A stretch of DNA of 64,000 nt from the human T2T-CHM13v2.0 reference genome, Homo sapiens. The stretch lies in assembly GCF_009914755.1 (NCBI RefSeq), contig NC_060932.1. One strand, written 5' to 3'. How positions within the stretch are numbered: position 1 is the first letter of the stretch; every line of letters starts with the position of its first letter. The position numbers were made by a program, and so were the translations under genes. The notes beneath the pieces were generated by a model that made no database searches, was not told where the DNA came from, and saw only the letters and a list, made by a program, of their open reading frames with translations. Shown here piece after piece: positions 26,644-41,221 of the stretch.

Positions 26644-26875
26644 CTAAGGAAAATAGAAAACAAATCATTAGAATCCTGGTTTCATTTGCAGATTTAGCAG
26701 CTGGGACTGTGTGCAGGAGACAACGTCTACAGAGCAGGGAGCAGTATAGCCAGGACGTTTGCAAAGAAGGAAGGCATCCACACCTGCACACCTGTCAGTT
26801 TATTTGCTTAAATTGGTGATTGGGAGTATAAAATGGGTTTTAAAAAGTGAATCGATTTCAAAAATTAAATAAAAT

Positions 26876-27002
26876 TTTTTTGAGACAGGGTCTCACTCTG
26901 TTACCCAGGCTGGAGTGCAGTGGCACGACCACCACTCATTTCAGCCTTGACCTCTTGGGCTCAGGCGATCCTCCCACCTCAGCCTCCTGGGTAACTGGGA
27001 TC
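26876..27002 (-). mobile_element. Alu right-arm/FRAM-like monomer
   Basis: tttttgagacagggtctcactctg...cctcagcctcctgggtaactgggat. Confidence 0.85.
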
Positions 27003-29997
27003 AAAGATTTACTTATGCTTCCTACAAATGCCCCAGGGAAATCGGGAAGGTCCCAAAGGCTGAATCGGATTGGTTTTGTTTTGGATGTCTATTTATCACT
27101 GATAAGTTATACGGCCTTGGTTAAGTCACGAAACTTTCTACTACTCTGTAAAACAGGGTTGTGGGCATATGCCTAGCCTTTAGCACAGTATGCTTACACT
27201 AAATTTCAAGTTTAAGCTTTTAGTTCACTGTCGTTACTAATATTCACAAAAAGTTATTTTTTATTTTGCCTCTGTTGAGTTAAAAATGAATCTTTATAAA
27301 AAAGGAACTATACTCATTATTAAACTGTTGTCACATTTTCTGGTTAAAAGAAAACCCCTACGTACAATCTATGATTAGAGAATTAGAGGATTTTCAGACT
27401 GAAAAGACAGAATCATGTCTGGTCTGCTCTGTCTCTGTTTATTCTTTCCTTATTCCAGAAGAAATCAGATAAGAAAAATGTGCCACGTGGCAAAAACAGA
27501 AATTTAATGTACATAAGCACGCTCGCAAAAACATCATTTGACATTGGGTGTCAAGAAACTTCTGCCGAGACATTTACTAGATTTCCTTATGTTACACATG
27601 CTCATTAAGAAAAAGAGAAGTATGTGGCACATGGCTCTGAGAAAAAGGCAGAACAGCACTTTGTGACTGCCCTTGGAGTGGGAGAGGTCCGTGACATTGT
27701 GCTTGGAACATGCGCCAGCAGTGATCGTTAGCAAACAAATCCAGCCCCTCGTCAATGAAGTGAAGACCTGGCTAAAATGTTCACTCAATCGTCCAGATCA
27801 CAAGCTGCCACAGTCCCTTCATGTGTAGGGAAATGCAATCCCAGAGTGGAACTGGCTGCAGCTGGATGCTGACGTGCAGGTGTGCAGCTGCACCCGGCAG
27901 AAGGCTGTCAGCACCTTGGGCTCTGAGGAAGCAACTCCCAACATGCAAGCAACAGACTCAGAAATGAGCAGAAACAGGGTTTTTCTGGAGGAATGCAGAG
28001 CCAACTCATCAAGAAATATTTATCTCTTTAGAGCCTGAGAAGCCAGTGTAGAGAGTGCTACAGGCTTGGTGCTTTCCTGACCAGGTGGTGAGAACCTGAA
28101 GAAAATGGATTGATGTGCTGCTGGCAACTGAGCCCTGGGCTTCCTTGCTTCTGCAAAAATTCCACCATCCCTCGCTCCTATGGCACAGAAGTAGAGAACT
28201 AAAAGACCCAATGGATTGAGAAGTCACAGTGGCCTCATAGCCGTCCTCTTGAGAACTGTGAGAGGGAACAGCTTCCTTCATATTCAACATGCAGGGCAGC
28301 CTCTTGGTCTTGGTGCAGTGTTAGGAAGGGAGGGAGTCCAGTTGTGATGACGACAGATTCCCCACCGACCCAGAGGAGGCATCACATTTACATAAAAATA
28401 AGCGCTATCTCCCTTATCTCTGGCTCTGTAATCTGAGATCTCTTTCCAAGGCACCGCCTTCACGGAGACACCCAACTACTCAGCATTGACAGGGAAGTTT
28501 CTAAGGTTTAACGACTAAAACTGGTGTGTATGTTGGATATAGCCCCCAATGCTACATTGCCTTAAAGTTAAGATATAATCAGAAGTGATATTTATGTATA
28601 AATATGCATATATAATTATGTGGGGTTATCTTTTTAAAGGACAAGACAATCCCAGTCTTATATGAAGGTTTGCATCTTTGCAGGCAAGTTGAGGGAAAAC
28701 AGCTTTAATGGACTAGACCTTTTCCTTGGGGTTAATGTGGATGCCAATCAAAAGCAAAAATAAATTTGTAGGAATTGTAAGTTCCTACATATGTGTCTCT
28801 ATAAGGATATTATATGACCCAGAGGAACCCGTGAAAGAAGATACATTTTTGTGTATATCCCTTTAAGAAGAGAAGCTCATCTGATCATGGCATCTTATTG
28901 GAGAAGGTAGTGGCATATCTTTCTACATTTACTAAATTTTAAATTAGTCCTGAGCAGAAATTCAAGGATAAGGCTCATCGGACTTGTGTGTATTGGGTAT
29001 TTTCTCTTCCAAAAAATTAACACAGATGTGCCAATCTTTAATTTTCTAAATATCATCTGAAATGTTTTTCATTGAGTCATATTCTTAAAGAAAGAACATT
29101 ACTAGCCATAGGGAACTGAAGACACAGGCACAAGCAGCTAATACACCTTTGAAGCAACATTTTCTCTACTGTGTATTTCAAAAGTGAATATAAGAAAGCA
29201 AATATTTAAAGAGGCTATTTCATGAGTTTTGAAAAAATAATATCATGACAGTTTTTCTGTTTTAACCAGAATTAAGTGAAATATCTGTATTATGTACTGA
29301 TATTTATTTAACCTATCTAATTTTATTTCAGGGGATCATAACTTATTTCTTATTATTTGTAGTTAATGCTACCATTTCAAATAGTATTTTAGAGTAGTTT
29401 GGCATTTCCAGATTCCTCCAGGTAATGTATTATCCATATATGGAAAAAATGTACAAGGAGTTTATAGTTCCTCCAAAATAATTCTTTTCTTCTGGCATCC
29501 ACATTAATCCCAAGGAAAGGATCTGGTTCACTAAAGTTGTTTGTCCCCAAGTTTTGACATTTTACAGTTAGCAGAGTTTTGCAAATTGATGGGTATTCAG
29601 AACACTTTTTCAAGAGATGGAACATCTATATTGCTTACTACATATAAAGAGCTAAATTTGTATTTGTTGAAGAAAGAAATCAATGAAACATCTATCAATC
29701 ACAGATTCACAGAGTTGAAAGTGGCCATAGAGAACATTCTGTTCAACCTTTTGCTGGAAGGTTGAAATACCTTCTAAAGGTTCTCATCGTTGGCCATGGA
29801 GCCTGAATGTAGAGATAGAATCCTTTATTTCATCTTTCAATTGAACATGAAAGAAAAAAACATATTATTTCTCAACTCAGTCATTTATTCTCTTATTTCT
29901 TAGATGTATTCTGCTTAAAAAGTAGGGCAGAAAACAACAGAAAGGACAACAAAAAATCTTGACAAATAAGCATTGTTAGTCCAAGAAAGAGCATTGC

Positions 29998-30254
29998 TCT
30001 CACTCATGAGTGGGAGTTGAACGATGAGAACACATGGACACATTGAGGGGACAACACACACTGGGGCCTGTGGGGGGCTGGAGGGAGGGAGAGCATCAAG
30101 AAGAACAGCTGATGGGTGCTGGGCTGAATACCTGAGTGATGGGTTGATCCATGCAGCAGACCACCCCGGCTTACATTTAACTAGGTAACAAACCTGCACA
30201 TCCGGCACGTGTACCCCGGAACTCAAAATAAAAGTTGATTTAAAAAAAAAAAAA
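29998..30254 (+). mobile_element. Short 5'-truncated L1PA 3' end
   Basis: ctcactcatgagtgggagttgaacgatgagaacacatggacac...aacaaacctgcacatc...poly-A; TSD aaagaRcattgc (29986-29997; 30252-30263). Confidence 0.92.
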
Positions 30255-30370
30255 GAACATTGCATAGTAATATAAAATACATGTGCATGTGAGCACGAGA
30301 GCATGCCCATTACTTTAAACCCATAGTTTACACTCACAACATTCTCAAACAGATGGTGTTTCTGCAGTAC

Positions 30371-30503
30371 CTGTGTTTGTAGAGGTAAAATGCAAACCCT
30401 GATAAAATTAGAGCAAAGAAAGGAACCAGAATGGCAGCCGCCACAGAGCCACTGCTGGTGCCGTGGTAATGACTGGAAGAGTCTTGATCTGGGTTTAAAG
30501 GAT
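30371..30503 (-). CDS. CSMD1: CSMD1 penultimate exon encoding the transmembrane helix
   Basis: 133 nt, phase 1-2; tttatcttacag|AT ... CACAG|gtactg; DPLNPDQDSSSHYHGTSSGSVAAAILVPFFALILSGFAFYLYKH(R): hydrophobic stretch followed by basic stop-transfer residues. Confidence 0.96.
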
Positions 30504-31115
30504 CTGTAAGATAAAGGAAATATTAAATTTGTTGTTACTGTACTCTGCTTAAACAAATACATATGATAAATTTTGTAAATGGATACGAACTCTTCAAGAA
30601 GCAGACGGAGTTGCCATTTCACAGGAAACCAAATGATATTCTTTTCTAAAGATTTTTAATATCCACTTAATGACCGGGACAAAAAACTGACTATTTCCTA
30701 CTAATAATGGAGAATACTATGAAAGAGTCTCAACATTTAAAATGTGAGAAAGGCAAAAGGGTCAGTATACATCCTGACTTTCGTTTATAGTTATAGGTGT
30801 TTTCACAAAACTAACTGAAAACATTTATGTATTTTTTCTATATTCAGTGGTCAATAATATTTGCTGTTTTTTCAGGTCTTAAGGCCAGACTCGGCAAAAT
30901 ATGTCATTGAAATTATGTAAATATCCCAGTTATCCATAAAAATGGCATTGCATTCTTCATATGTGAATAGGATGGTGTCATCTGTCTTTATTTTACGTAC
31001 ATTCTGAAATTCACAGAAGAGTTTAGAAATACTCAAAAATAATTATAGTTCAATGTCACAATGCAAGTTTCCATGAAGACACAAAATAATGCTAAAATGT
31101 AACTTTTTAAATTAA

Positions 31116-31425
<310 letters not shown>

Positions 31426-33847
31426 CTAAAATATACCTTTTGTCCATTAGAAAGGAAGGCAAATGTGAATACTTCAAGTATCATGAAGGTGATAGAATCA
31501 GCCAGGACTATGGAGTGTCTCATGGCATGGCACTGAGAGGAAAGCAATAAAAACTCAAATCCACAGACCTTTATTAAGCAACTGTTGCCAAAGGAGGAAG
31601 TAAGTTTTTGAAGAGTGTACTAATAAAATATAATTTTGAGATGGATTTGGCCTAATTGCATGGAGTCACTTAATGCAGGTGTGCAATGAATCATGATTGG
31701 CGTCATCTCAATATAGCAGAATTGTTGAGAAGAAGCTCATCTGGTTTTCTTATTTCCAGAATTTATAAAATGTCAGATTCAAAGAGATGTTGCTGTATTT
31801 ATTGTTTTATAAACCAGAAATGCAAAAAATCAATCAAATATTAAAAATCTTTAAATCATTATTTGTATCAACACCCTTTAATTTTCATATAAAAACTTTC
31901 AAATGACATTATTTGCCATTTGCTTCAATAGATGTAGGATTATGACTGCCTACAATATTAACGTCCAATAGGAACATATTTTGGAGCAATGTTGGCTTTT
32001 TACAACTACTTATCTTTTTGAGATCTGCCCCATCATCATGCAAAAGGAAGATGCCAGACACTTGCTCTCTTGCAATCTGAGCACCCAGGTTATGGACGTG
32101 CAGCGAGTGAAGCCAATTGGGTGTTCCCACCCCAGGCACTGTATTGGAAGCGAGGGACGCAAAATATTCTGAGATGGTTTAAAATTTGTTCCATGGCTGA
32201 AGGGGTTCTAGAGCCCTGGGGACAACATGAAGTGTGTGTGTATGTGTGCACTGAGGGTGGTCCCAGCAGCAGCAGTGGTGCAGCAGTGATGTCCAGTGAC
32301 AAGGGGTGGTGCTGTCCAACAGAGAGCAGTGGTGCCCTACTCAGATGGCACCAACTTCATGGGTTGGTTGTGAAAATCATATGTTAGTACATCTCAAGTG
32401 CTTACAACAATGCCTGGCACAGAGGGAATGTTCACACGGACTCATAGTCACAAAAATGTAAGTTTCCTGAAGCCAGGGATTTTGTTTTGTTTTGTTTGGT
32501 TTCGTTTGGTTTGGGTAGCTTTCCTCTTGACTCCTCAGAACCTGCAATAAAACCTAGAACACAGTATGTGCTCAATATATATTTGCAAAATTAAAAAAAA
32601 AAGTTTTGTCTGTATAGCATTTCAGCACCCAAATATCTTTTAGTTTCCATTACGATGCCAAACATTGATCTTCAAGTTTCTGTAATTCTGGGATTATCTG
32701 TCTTATTCTTATAAATGTGTATTCTACTTACATTAACCACAGTTACTTTTTTTTAATCTGAAAACAAAGCTACATACTTTTATCCATAATAGATAACAAA
32801 ATTCCAAATAATAAAATGCTGGAAAATCTACGTGTCACAAGACACCTCACATGAAAACAAAGAACAACACGTAAGAAGGTGTTTGTGAATTACATAACCA
32901 AACTTACCGTGAGATTATCACATGCCTGCAGCTCCTAGTTAATTTCAGTTACTTGCCTTGTTTTAATAATTTGAAGGTTAATATACACACATTGTGTTAA
33001 TTAAAATGGCATAAAGGGATATGAAAACAAATAATATAAAGGAAAATTAAAATAATCATTCCTTGCCCTACAAGGTAGTTCCTCTTTATAGTTGAGGGTT
33101 TTAAAAATTGTCCTTCCAACAACGTACTCGTAATATGTGTGATTATTTCTCTTTTCTTATTTTTATAATTGGTAATATTATTTGCATTTTGCTTATGTGG
33201 CTTTTAACCTTAACAGTCTATTTATGAGGCTCTTCCACTGGCATATATGAATCAGATTTAATTTTTTAAGGTGTGTAGTATTCTACTCATTAGATATAAC
33301 AGCATTTATTTAGCCAGTCTACTGTCCAGGGACATTAAGGGTGTTTCTAATACTTCTATAATGCTGCAATGAAATCTTTTGCCTATATCTACACATTAGC
33401 AGGAGTCGACATTACATAAGACAAATCTTAAGAAGTAGAATTATTGAGAAACAGAATTTGTACCTTTTAGTGTTGCTACATCCTACCTAATTGCTCTCTA
33501 AAGAGGCACTGCAATTTCATTCAATCATTATCGTACGAGGGTCTTCACAGTAACACATGGACAGCTCTGTGCGATCCCTCTGCTACCCTCCGTTCCCTTC
33601 TCTTCCCCCTCCTTGTTTTCCCCTGTCCCTCCTCCTCTCTCATTGCCCTCCTTCCACACGTTATTATTGGTTCCTTGGCTGTTGCAACCACAACTGTTGC
33701 TGCCACTACTACAACGATAAATCAAACAGTGTTTAGGTAGTTATAAATTTACATTTCTTTACTGAAGGAGGGTGAGCATCTTTGCACATGTGATAAGCTA
33801 GGTCATTCAATTTTCTAAAGAGCATTATTGAAACAAATGCACATCCT

Positions 33848-34141
33848 GTCACGCAACACTTCATGTTGGGGATACATTCTGAGAAATGCTTCGTGAGGCA
33901 ATTTTGCGGCTGTGTGAGCATCAGAGTGCACTCACACACCTAGACGGTGTTGCCTACTGCATATCTAGGCTATAGGTACAGCCAGTGGCTCCTACATGAG
34001 TAACACCGTGCACTATGACATTATGGCAGCTGTGGTGTCACCAGGTGTTAGGAATTTGTCAGCTTCTTTATAATCTTATGGGGTCACTGGTGCATATGCG
34101 ATCTTTTGTTGACCAAAATGTCATTATGCGATGCGTGACTG
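33848..34141. mobile_element. Tigger3/MER7-type DNA transposon derivative
   Basis: ggggatacattctgagaaatgc...cctagacggt...ctaggctata...ataatcttatggg...ttgaccaaaatgtcattatgcgatgcgtgactg. Confidence 0.8.
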
Positions 34142-34149
34142 TCCTATAT

Positions 34150-35070
34150 AATTCATCCACTTAAGCTGAACACACAATCCAAGGCTTTCTCAGTGTTTTC
34201 ATAGGGTGGTGCAATCACCACCGTAGTCTCACTTAGAAGATTGGTGTCCCTCCAAAAGAATCTCAGTATCTCTTAGCTTTATTCTTCCTCTACCTTCATC
34301 CCAACCTTCAACCCAGGCAACCACTAATCAGTGTCCCATCTCTTTGGATTTGCCTGTTATGGACATCTCCTGTAATGGATTCATAGACTATTTGGCCTTT
34401 TTTTATCTGGCTTCCTTCACTTGGCATGACGTTTTCAAGGTCCATCCTTGTTGTAGGATTCTTCAATACTTTATTCTTCTTCAGTGCTGACTAATATTCC
34501 ATTGTATGGCTATATTACATATTGTTTATTCATTCATCCATTGATAGACATTTTGGTTGTATCTACATTTGGGTTATTATAAATAATGCTGCTCTAAGCA
34601 TTCATGTACAAGTTTTGTGTGACATATTTTTCAGTTCTTTTGGCTACCCATGTAGGAATGGAATTGCTGGAGCTTAAGTAACAACTGTTTGATGAACTAC
34701 CAGAGTGTTTTCCAGAGCAGCTGCATCATTTCACATTTCCCCAGCAAAGTAGGACAGTTCCAGTTCCTCCGCCTCCTTGCCACCCTTTGCGATTTGACTT
34801 TTAGATCACAGCCATCCTTGTGGACATGAAGGGGTATCCCAGTGTGGTTTTGATTTGCATTTCCCTGATAATGATTATAATCAACATCTTTTCATGGGCT
34901 TATCGCCATTTGCATGTCTTTAGAGACATATCTATTCAAATCTTTGGTCAATTTCTTATTTAGGTTATTTGCCTCTGTATTATTGAGCCATAAGAGTTCT
35001 TCGTACATTCTGGATACAAGTCACTTATCAGGTACATAATTTTATGTATTTTCTCTCATTCTTTGTGTGT
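34150..35070 (-). mobile_element. L1MB-type 3' fragment
   Basis: tggcttccttcacttggcatg...ttccattgtatgg...gtggttttgatttgcatttccctgat...tacattctggatacaagtc. Confidence 0.85.
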
Positions 35071-37198
35071 ATGTTAGGGTTGAGTCATTCAATCCTAATG
35101 AGGAAACTAGTTTATTGTTGAGTTTCTTACGCAAGTTTTTGCATTAAATTTGTCTTTCAAATTAATTTTATTTTAGTATCCACTTAATGACAATCACGTT
35201 TTTTGGTTTATCTACTGACTAGAGAAAATTAGGAGGTTATTTTTATCCATAAAAATAGATGCTTGCCATCATTCTTAAATGAATGGTTGCTGTTGCAGAA
35301 TTATGTAAACACAAACTTTTCTAATTAGTTGAAGGGGGGACTTACTTATGACTCAAATTATTTTGTAAAGTAAACTGTTTTTCCTGACAACAAGCTCATC
35401 ATCACATGAGAATAAAAATCCCTTGTTAAACCAAGCTGTTATTTTGTTAGATTAAAAAGAAAAGGGGTAATGCAAAGAAAACGTGTAATAGCAAACTGAT
35501 AGTTCAGGTCAAATTCATTGGATCAGTCAACTTAGACATCTACACAGCATCCTGTACAGCTCACTGGGGTGTCCTTCAACAAAATTACTAGAGCGTGTGC
35601 TACAGAGAGAAAGGAGGACAAATAACTCCAGGATTCGGCTTAGAGCAAGAGAAAAAACATCACCCATCATTAGTGTTGGTCTAATGCATTTATTCCATTT
35701 CATTACCTCAAAATAATATAACCCAATTTAACATATAATCTCAGCCACTGCCAACATTATAATGTTCTTCTATTTAATAATACTGTGGGTTGAATAGTGG
35801 AAGTAAAGTATTTTATGATTAATTATCCTTTTTTTTTTTTTGGCTTTTCTACAGGCCAGTAGACTTTTTTTATATTCAGCACTTTGATAAAAGTCTTACA
35901 AAATAAGTTCATCAGTGGTAATCATTACAAAATTGTACACTCACATTCCTCCAAAAGGTGGCTCTGGTATCAAAGCCTATATGGTAATATTCTTCTTTAT
36001 AATAATACTGTGTGAATAGTATTCTACAAGTAGGAGAAATATGGTGCCAAGGTTGTTACAAAAATGCGTTTCCTTTTATTTGTGGGTTGCAACAATTATA
36101 ACGACTTTTGTGCAAAAAGAGCTGTAGCATGCACAAAGCAATGCTTACGTGGCCTCTCAATCTCGTAACAACCTTGGGAACTTCTATACTGAGATTTAAG
36201 ATGAAGAAATAGGCTCAAGAATATTGTGACCCATCCTAGATGACAAAAATAGGAAGCAGACGAGGTAGCATTCAGATCTGATGATTGTTTCCACATATGT
36301 TCCTCCTTTAATCACTAAGGCAAAAATCAAATAGTACAGAAAGCTATAAAGAAGGAAGGAGGACTTACCTGTCTATGTAGAATAAGCTTTTTCTCATTTA
36401 TAAGTCAAACCTCTTTCCACATCAATATATAGTCCTCATTTCTTTAAATAAATATACTGAATAATAATTGTTTCATAGGTAGTATAATTTGTTACATAAA
36501 AATACTCATTGAAGCAATTCTTTTAGCATAGATGGGCAACATGCGGAGGTTATTTCTAAGTTCCACTACTAAAACAATCCTGCTTTGGACACGCCTGAAT
36601 ATGCAGAAAACAATTTACACATTTGCCTGATTAAAAATTCTAGACAGAAAATTGTTGGATGAACAAAGTACTGACCAATTGTATCTACCCATACATCCAT
36701 CAAAATTAAACATGAGCATCTTTTCCTGCTATCAACCCCAAACCAATTATTAAAACTTTGTCATTCTGATAACTAAAAATAATCATCTTTGTTACTATAT
36801 AAATATATATATGTATATTTCTGAAGATCTTTTTATATGTTTGTTGGCCACTTTTAATTACTCTTACTTTTTTTTTTTACTTTTAAGAACTCTTAGTTTT
36901 CTTTGGGTAATATACTTTGCTTATACTTTGATTTTCATCTTTTTCTCTCTTATTTTTAATAGCTCTTGATATAGTGAAGATATGATGTCTGGCACATTTA
37001 TTGCATTATTTCCGGCTTTGTGTTTGTGTATTTTGCTATTCAAAATAATTTTTTTTCATTCAGCTGTAAAATATGTTAGTCTCTCTCATTATTTTTGTTT
37101 AGGTTTCTTTTAGAGTCGTCTTTTCCATTTCTTCTTAGAAACATCATTGGAAAGCCAAACTGATATTTGCTTTAAAATATATCCTAAGTGCAACTTAC

Positions 37199-37286
37199 CT
37201 TGCCTTTCTAGCTTAAATTTTCCAAAGTCTTTTCCATGAATGTCACCTTGAAAAGTAAATCCTCCTCTTTCAAGTCCAGATGACAC
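37199..37286 (-). CDS. CSMD1: CSMD1 coding exon, juxtamembrane region
   Basis: 88 nt, phase 0-1; (TTTTC)n tract then tgtgtcag|GTG ... CAAG|gtaagt; VSSGLERGGFTFQGDIHGKDFGKFKLERQ. Confidence 0.95.
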
Positions 37287-38145
37287 CTGACACATAGGAA
37301 AGAAAAGAAAAGAAAAGAAAAGAAATAAAAAGGTATACGAAGGGATGAATAATATCCTCTTTTAATATATCTTTTAATACAACTGTTATATCTCATATTT
37401 AGATACTACTGGTTAAATGTTTTATTTTTGCCATGGCTTTTGGTGACACATTTATAGTTAAAGATCAGAAACCAACACAGAAGTGAACTTTAACTAACAT
37501 ATGCAAATGCTCACAATCTCATTTTGATCTCGAAAATGATAGCAAATTTTACAATATATCCATATGTTAACTGCACTTTCTAAGGGAAGACAAGACAAAC
37601 GTATGAATTAAGAAATAATCTACATTATGTAAAACTCACTTTGTGTCCCAGCTATTGGGCAGGGTACATCATGTATGGCTGTCTACCCTTAAGTCAGATA
37701 GTAAATTAGAACACAAACAAATGGTTAACTTGCAAAGAACGGTGTTAAGGGGGATGTCTTAAATCTTTCTATTTATCTGGGAATGATTTCTTTTAGAACG
37801 AGCAGCGTGGTTATCAAGCGGTCTTGGAAAATTTCTGATGGCACCACTCACGATATAACGTAGCAGTAACATCATAGACCCTGGATTTCAGGTCTTGTTC
37901 TGTCCTCAACAGTAACCACCCCTTTAAGGATGGCCAGTTCATTGCTTACTTCTTAGACCTGGTTTCTTCCCTTATAAAATGAAGGAATAAAATGGCCACT
38001 CTGTCAAGAAGAGGGGCAGCTGAGTTTTCAAGGGGCAGACACAAGACAGCTCTACTCAGAAGCCTCCAATCCGTAGCCCTTGCATCTGCACAGAGAGATG
38101 ATTAGAAAGCCTGTGCTTTGTCACAGACCTTACACATGTACTTAC

Positions 38146-38258
38146 ATAACCATCTAGTCCCCAGTTGTCATTTTCGAACTTGCTTACAAAAATATCTGCC
38201 TGGCCTTTAATTTGAAAAGCTTTCAGGAGTAAGTGGGCCTCCTCCTTCTTGTAAATGC
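38146..38258 (-). CDS. CSMD1: CSMD1 coding exon, juxtamembrane region (not in ORF track)
   Basis: 113 nt, phase 1-0; tcttttcacag|GC ... GGTTAT|gtaagt; GIYKKEEAHLLLKAFQIKGQADIFVSKFENDNWGLDGY. Confidence 0.94.
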
Positions 38259-39008
38259 CTGTGAAAAGATCAGCAGTTTAGGCTTACCTTGGAGAAAGTT
38301 AGTAATTCAGCCCTTTAATCCATTTGATGTGGAATGTGGTACGGAGATGATAATATCATCGATAATAGAAAACTCAAACAGAAATTGTATTTTTATTTGT
38401 GAATTTTAGCTTAGGAGCTTCCATTTTCCCCTGAAAATCACTTCTTAAATCCTTGTCTATCTTGAATAGGTATAATCCACTCCACTAAGTTCAATATCCT
38501 TATTCCACAGAAAGAATAAAAAATAACATATTTGATTTTGCTAATTAAAAAATCTCTCTCTAAAAAAGTATACAGTAAAAATACATCACAGAATTAATGT
38601 AAGAATGAAAATGATAATACACATACAGTGCTTAAAATAGTGTTTGCCATATAAATCAAGGCTGTTTTATTTTATTAATTGTGTGATGATTTTAAAAATC
38701 TCATGAAGAGCACATGAGTTAAGAAAAAGTATTAAGAAATAAAGTTTGGAGACATGCAGTATCTGTATACGAATCTCAGATTCTTGACTTAATATGTGCA
38801 TAATTTTGAGCAAATCAGTTCACTTTTCTGTACTCGTTTTGTAATCTCTAAAATAAGAAAATAATACCAACCTCTCACGGCTAGGGAGAGGCTCCAATGA
38901 GTTACAGTATATGCAAAGCCAACACAACAGTAATAAGTACTTAATACTTACTAGATCACCTCTCTGTGAAAAGATAACAGGTCTATTTCTGCTCACACCA
39001 TGCGTTTA

Positions 39009-39218
<210 letters not shown>

Positions 39219-41221
39219 TCAGCACACACACAAACAATAAATTCAGACATTAGTAAACACAGAAGGCATCATACTGCTTAGCGAGCGATCACAGATGAGG
39301 GCAGTGATGAAGACAAGAGGAGCCTAGTGCATCGCTGTTCACAGCACGTGCAAAACTCAAAAGAAGCAGGTGCGAAGATTATTATGGTATGCAAGTAGAC
39401 ACTTGTGCTTATGGGTTTCTTTTATTATTATTAGAAGCCAAAGCATACCTACTTTAACAGCCCTTCCAAGCTCATGGGCTATGGTGAACTGGTACTTCTA
39501 ATGCTAGTTTAGTTTTTATTGTGCTTAGCAAGAAATATGTTTACCTGACCCATGAAATCACTACTGATATTTCAATGATATCCAAGTCTACTCTTTGAAA
39601 GACTTGGAAGGCTCCAAAGAACTGATATATATAATACGAGAGCAATGCCCTGTCTCGAAAAAGCTTACATATCCCAGCACCAAGTGGACTTATGAAGACA
39701 AAGCCCTTTCACTTCAGAGTCTTTATTTTGTAAGTAGAGTCCCTCTCTGTCATTCATACTCTTCTGTTCTTCTTTAATCTCTTTATGTAATATATTCCAT
39801 GAGTAAGAAGAGATGGGCTCAATAATTTCAAATGTTTCTTTTATACATGTCTTTTAAATTCAGTAATAAAAGGCAGTCTTTTTAAAGCACAGAATCCATC
39901 GACAGGAAAACTTAACAAAGATTATTGAGATATTTCCTCTTGTTTTCACGGCTTAAGAAAAAAATAAACTTATATTTCATGTGTCTGTTTAAAAATGTGT
40001 ATAAAATCCTGCCATTTTCACACATAAACGTGAATTGTAGTGTATAAATTCACATGATGATTTCAGCATTACTCTTTGTTTTCTGCCTTCTGATGTGCAT
40101 GAATTATTTAATTAGATAAGATTCATGATAAGCATAATTGGTCAAAACACATTGCTTGAGTTGCTAGGTGGAAATGAAGATTCAAGTCTCCCTAACCCAT
40201 TTTTTAGAAAGTCCATTTATAGTCGCAAATAATGAGGACAAAAGTATATTGTGCCTATACCCATGCTTTTCTTTCCAGCCCAACTGGCCATTTTCTTGTT
40301 TTCCTAGGCAGGCTGAACCTATAAAACTTGGCCTAGCAAGAGAAGGGTTAAAGAGGAACAGAAGATAATAGCTTCCTTTGGCCTTTTGTAGACCCCACTT
40401 TCTCATAATAATAGTGATAATAAAATAAGTAAAAAACTCATATATCCACACAAGTATCTAACACATTTGCTTATAAATCACTGATTTTAGACACATCTGC
40501 TTAGCCACTGTCAGCACAACAGAGGCCCCCATTTTAATCAGCAACCTCAAAATAACTTTATTTTCCATTACTAAAATTAATAGCCTTTAAAGTACATAAA
40601 AAATATCTTCCCTAATTAGAATTTATATGCTCTTCTGAAGTTACTAATCCACTTGTTCAAGCATTCACTTAAGTTAATCTTGTTGAAGTTTCACAGGAAT
40701 GGGCCAGGCCTGGCTGGGTAGGGTAAGATACAACCAATGTCTTAGAAGTGGCTTCTGTGTATTAAAATAGGACCACGAGTCATGTGGCAGAGGTCATCTT
40801 TCTGGGTCTTTATAATTTCACTTGTTGCTGGCAGCCCGCAGTACAATGCAGCAGCCACATAGCTGAGCTGTACTAGAATGTACCACCATGATGAGGAATC
40901 ACATTCAATTAGCACTTCCTTTCCAAGAGTACAAGAAAAGGAATATTGATAATAATGTTTGCACCTACAAAAGGAGTGTATAGATATTTCAATATCTTAA
41001 ACACAAAATAAGCAAATAAAAAACAAAACACACACACAACAATAATAACAAAAAGAGGCTGTGTTTTGTTCCATTGAAGAACATGTTGCCTGGATAAAGA
41101 GCACTGACTTCTGTATGTGATTTTTAGGTAATATTTAAATAAAATAGTCTAGAAAGATTTAAAAAGCATTTTATATTCTTTATTATTCAGATTGGAGAAA
41201 TTCCTTTCATCATATTGGCAC

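Noticed and set aside
29915-30622. 235-aa minus-strand ORF, the longest in the window
   Set aside because: It crosses the TM exon in the wrong frame and runs through an antisense L1PA 3' end; no domain pattern. Chance ORF.
32901-36370. Strong isolated minus-strand donors (ACG|gtaagt ~32908; CAG|gtaagt ~36368) as cryptic CSMD1 exons
   Set aside because: I could not pair them with a convincing upstream acceptor; such decoy sites are common in long introns.
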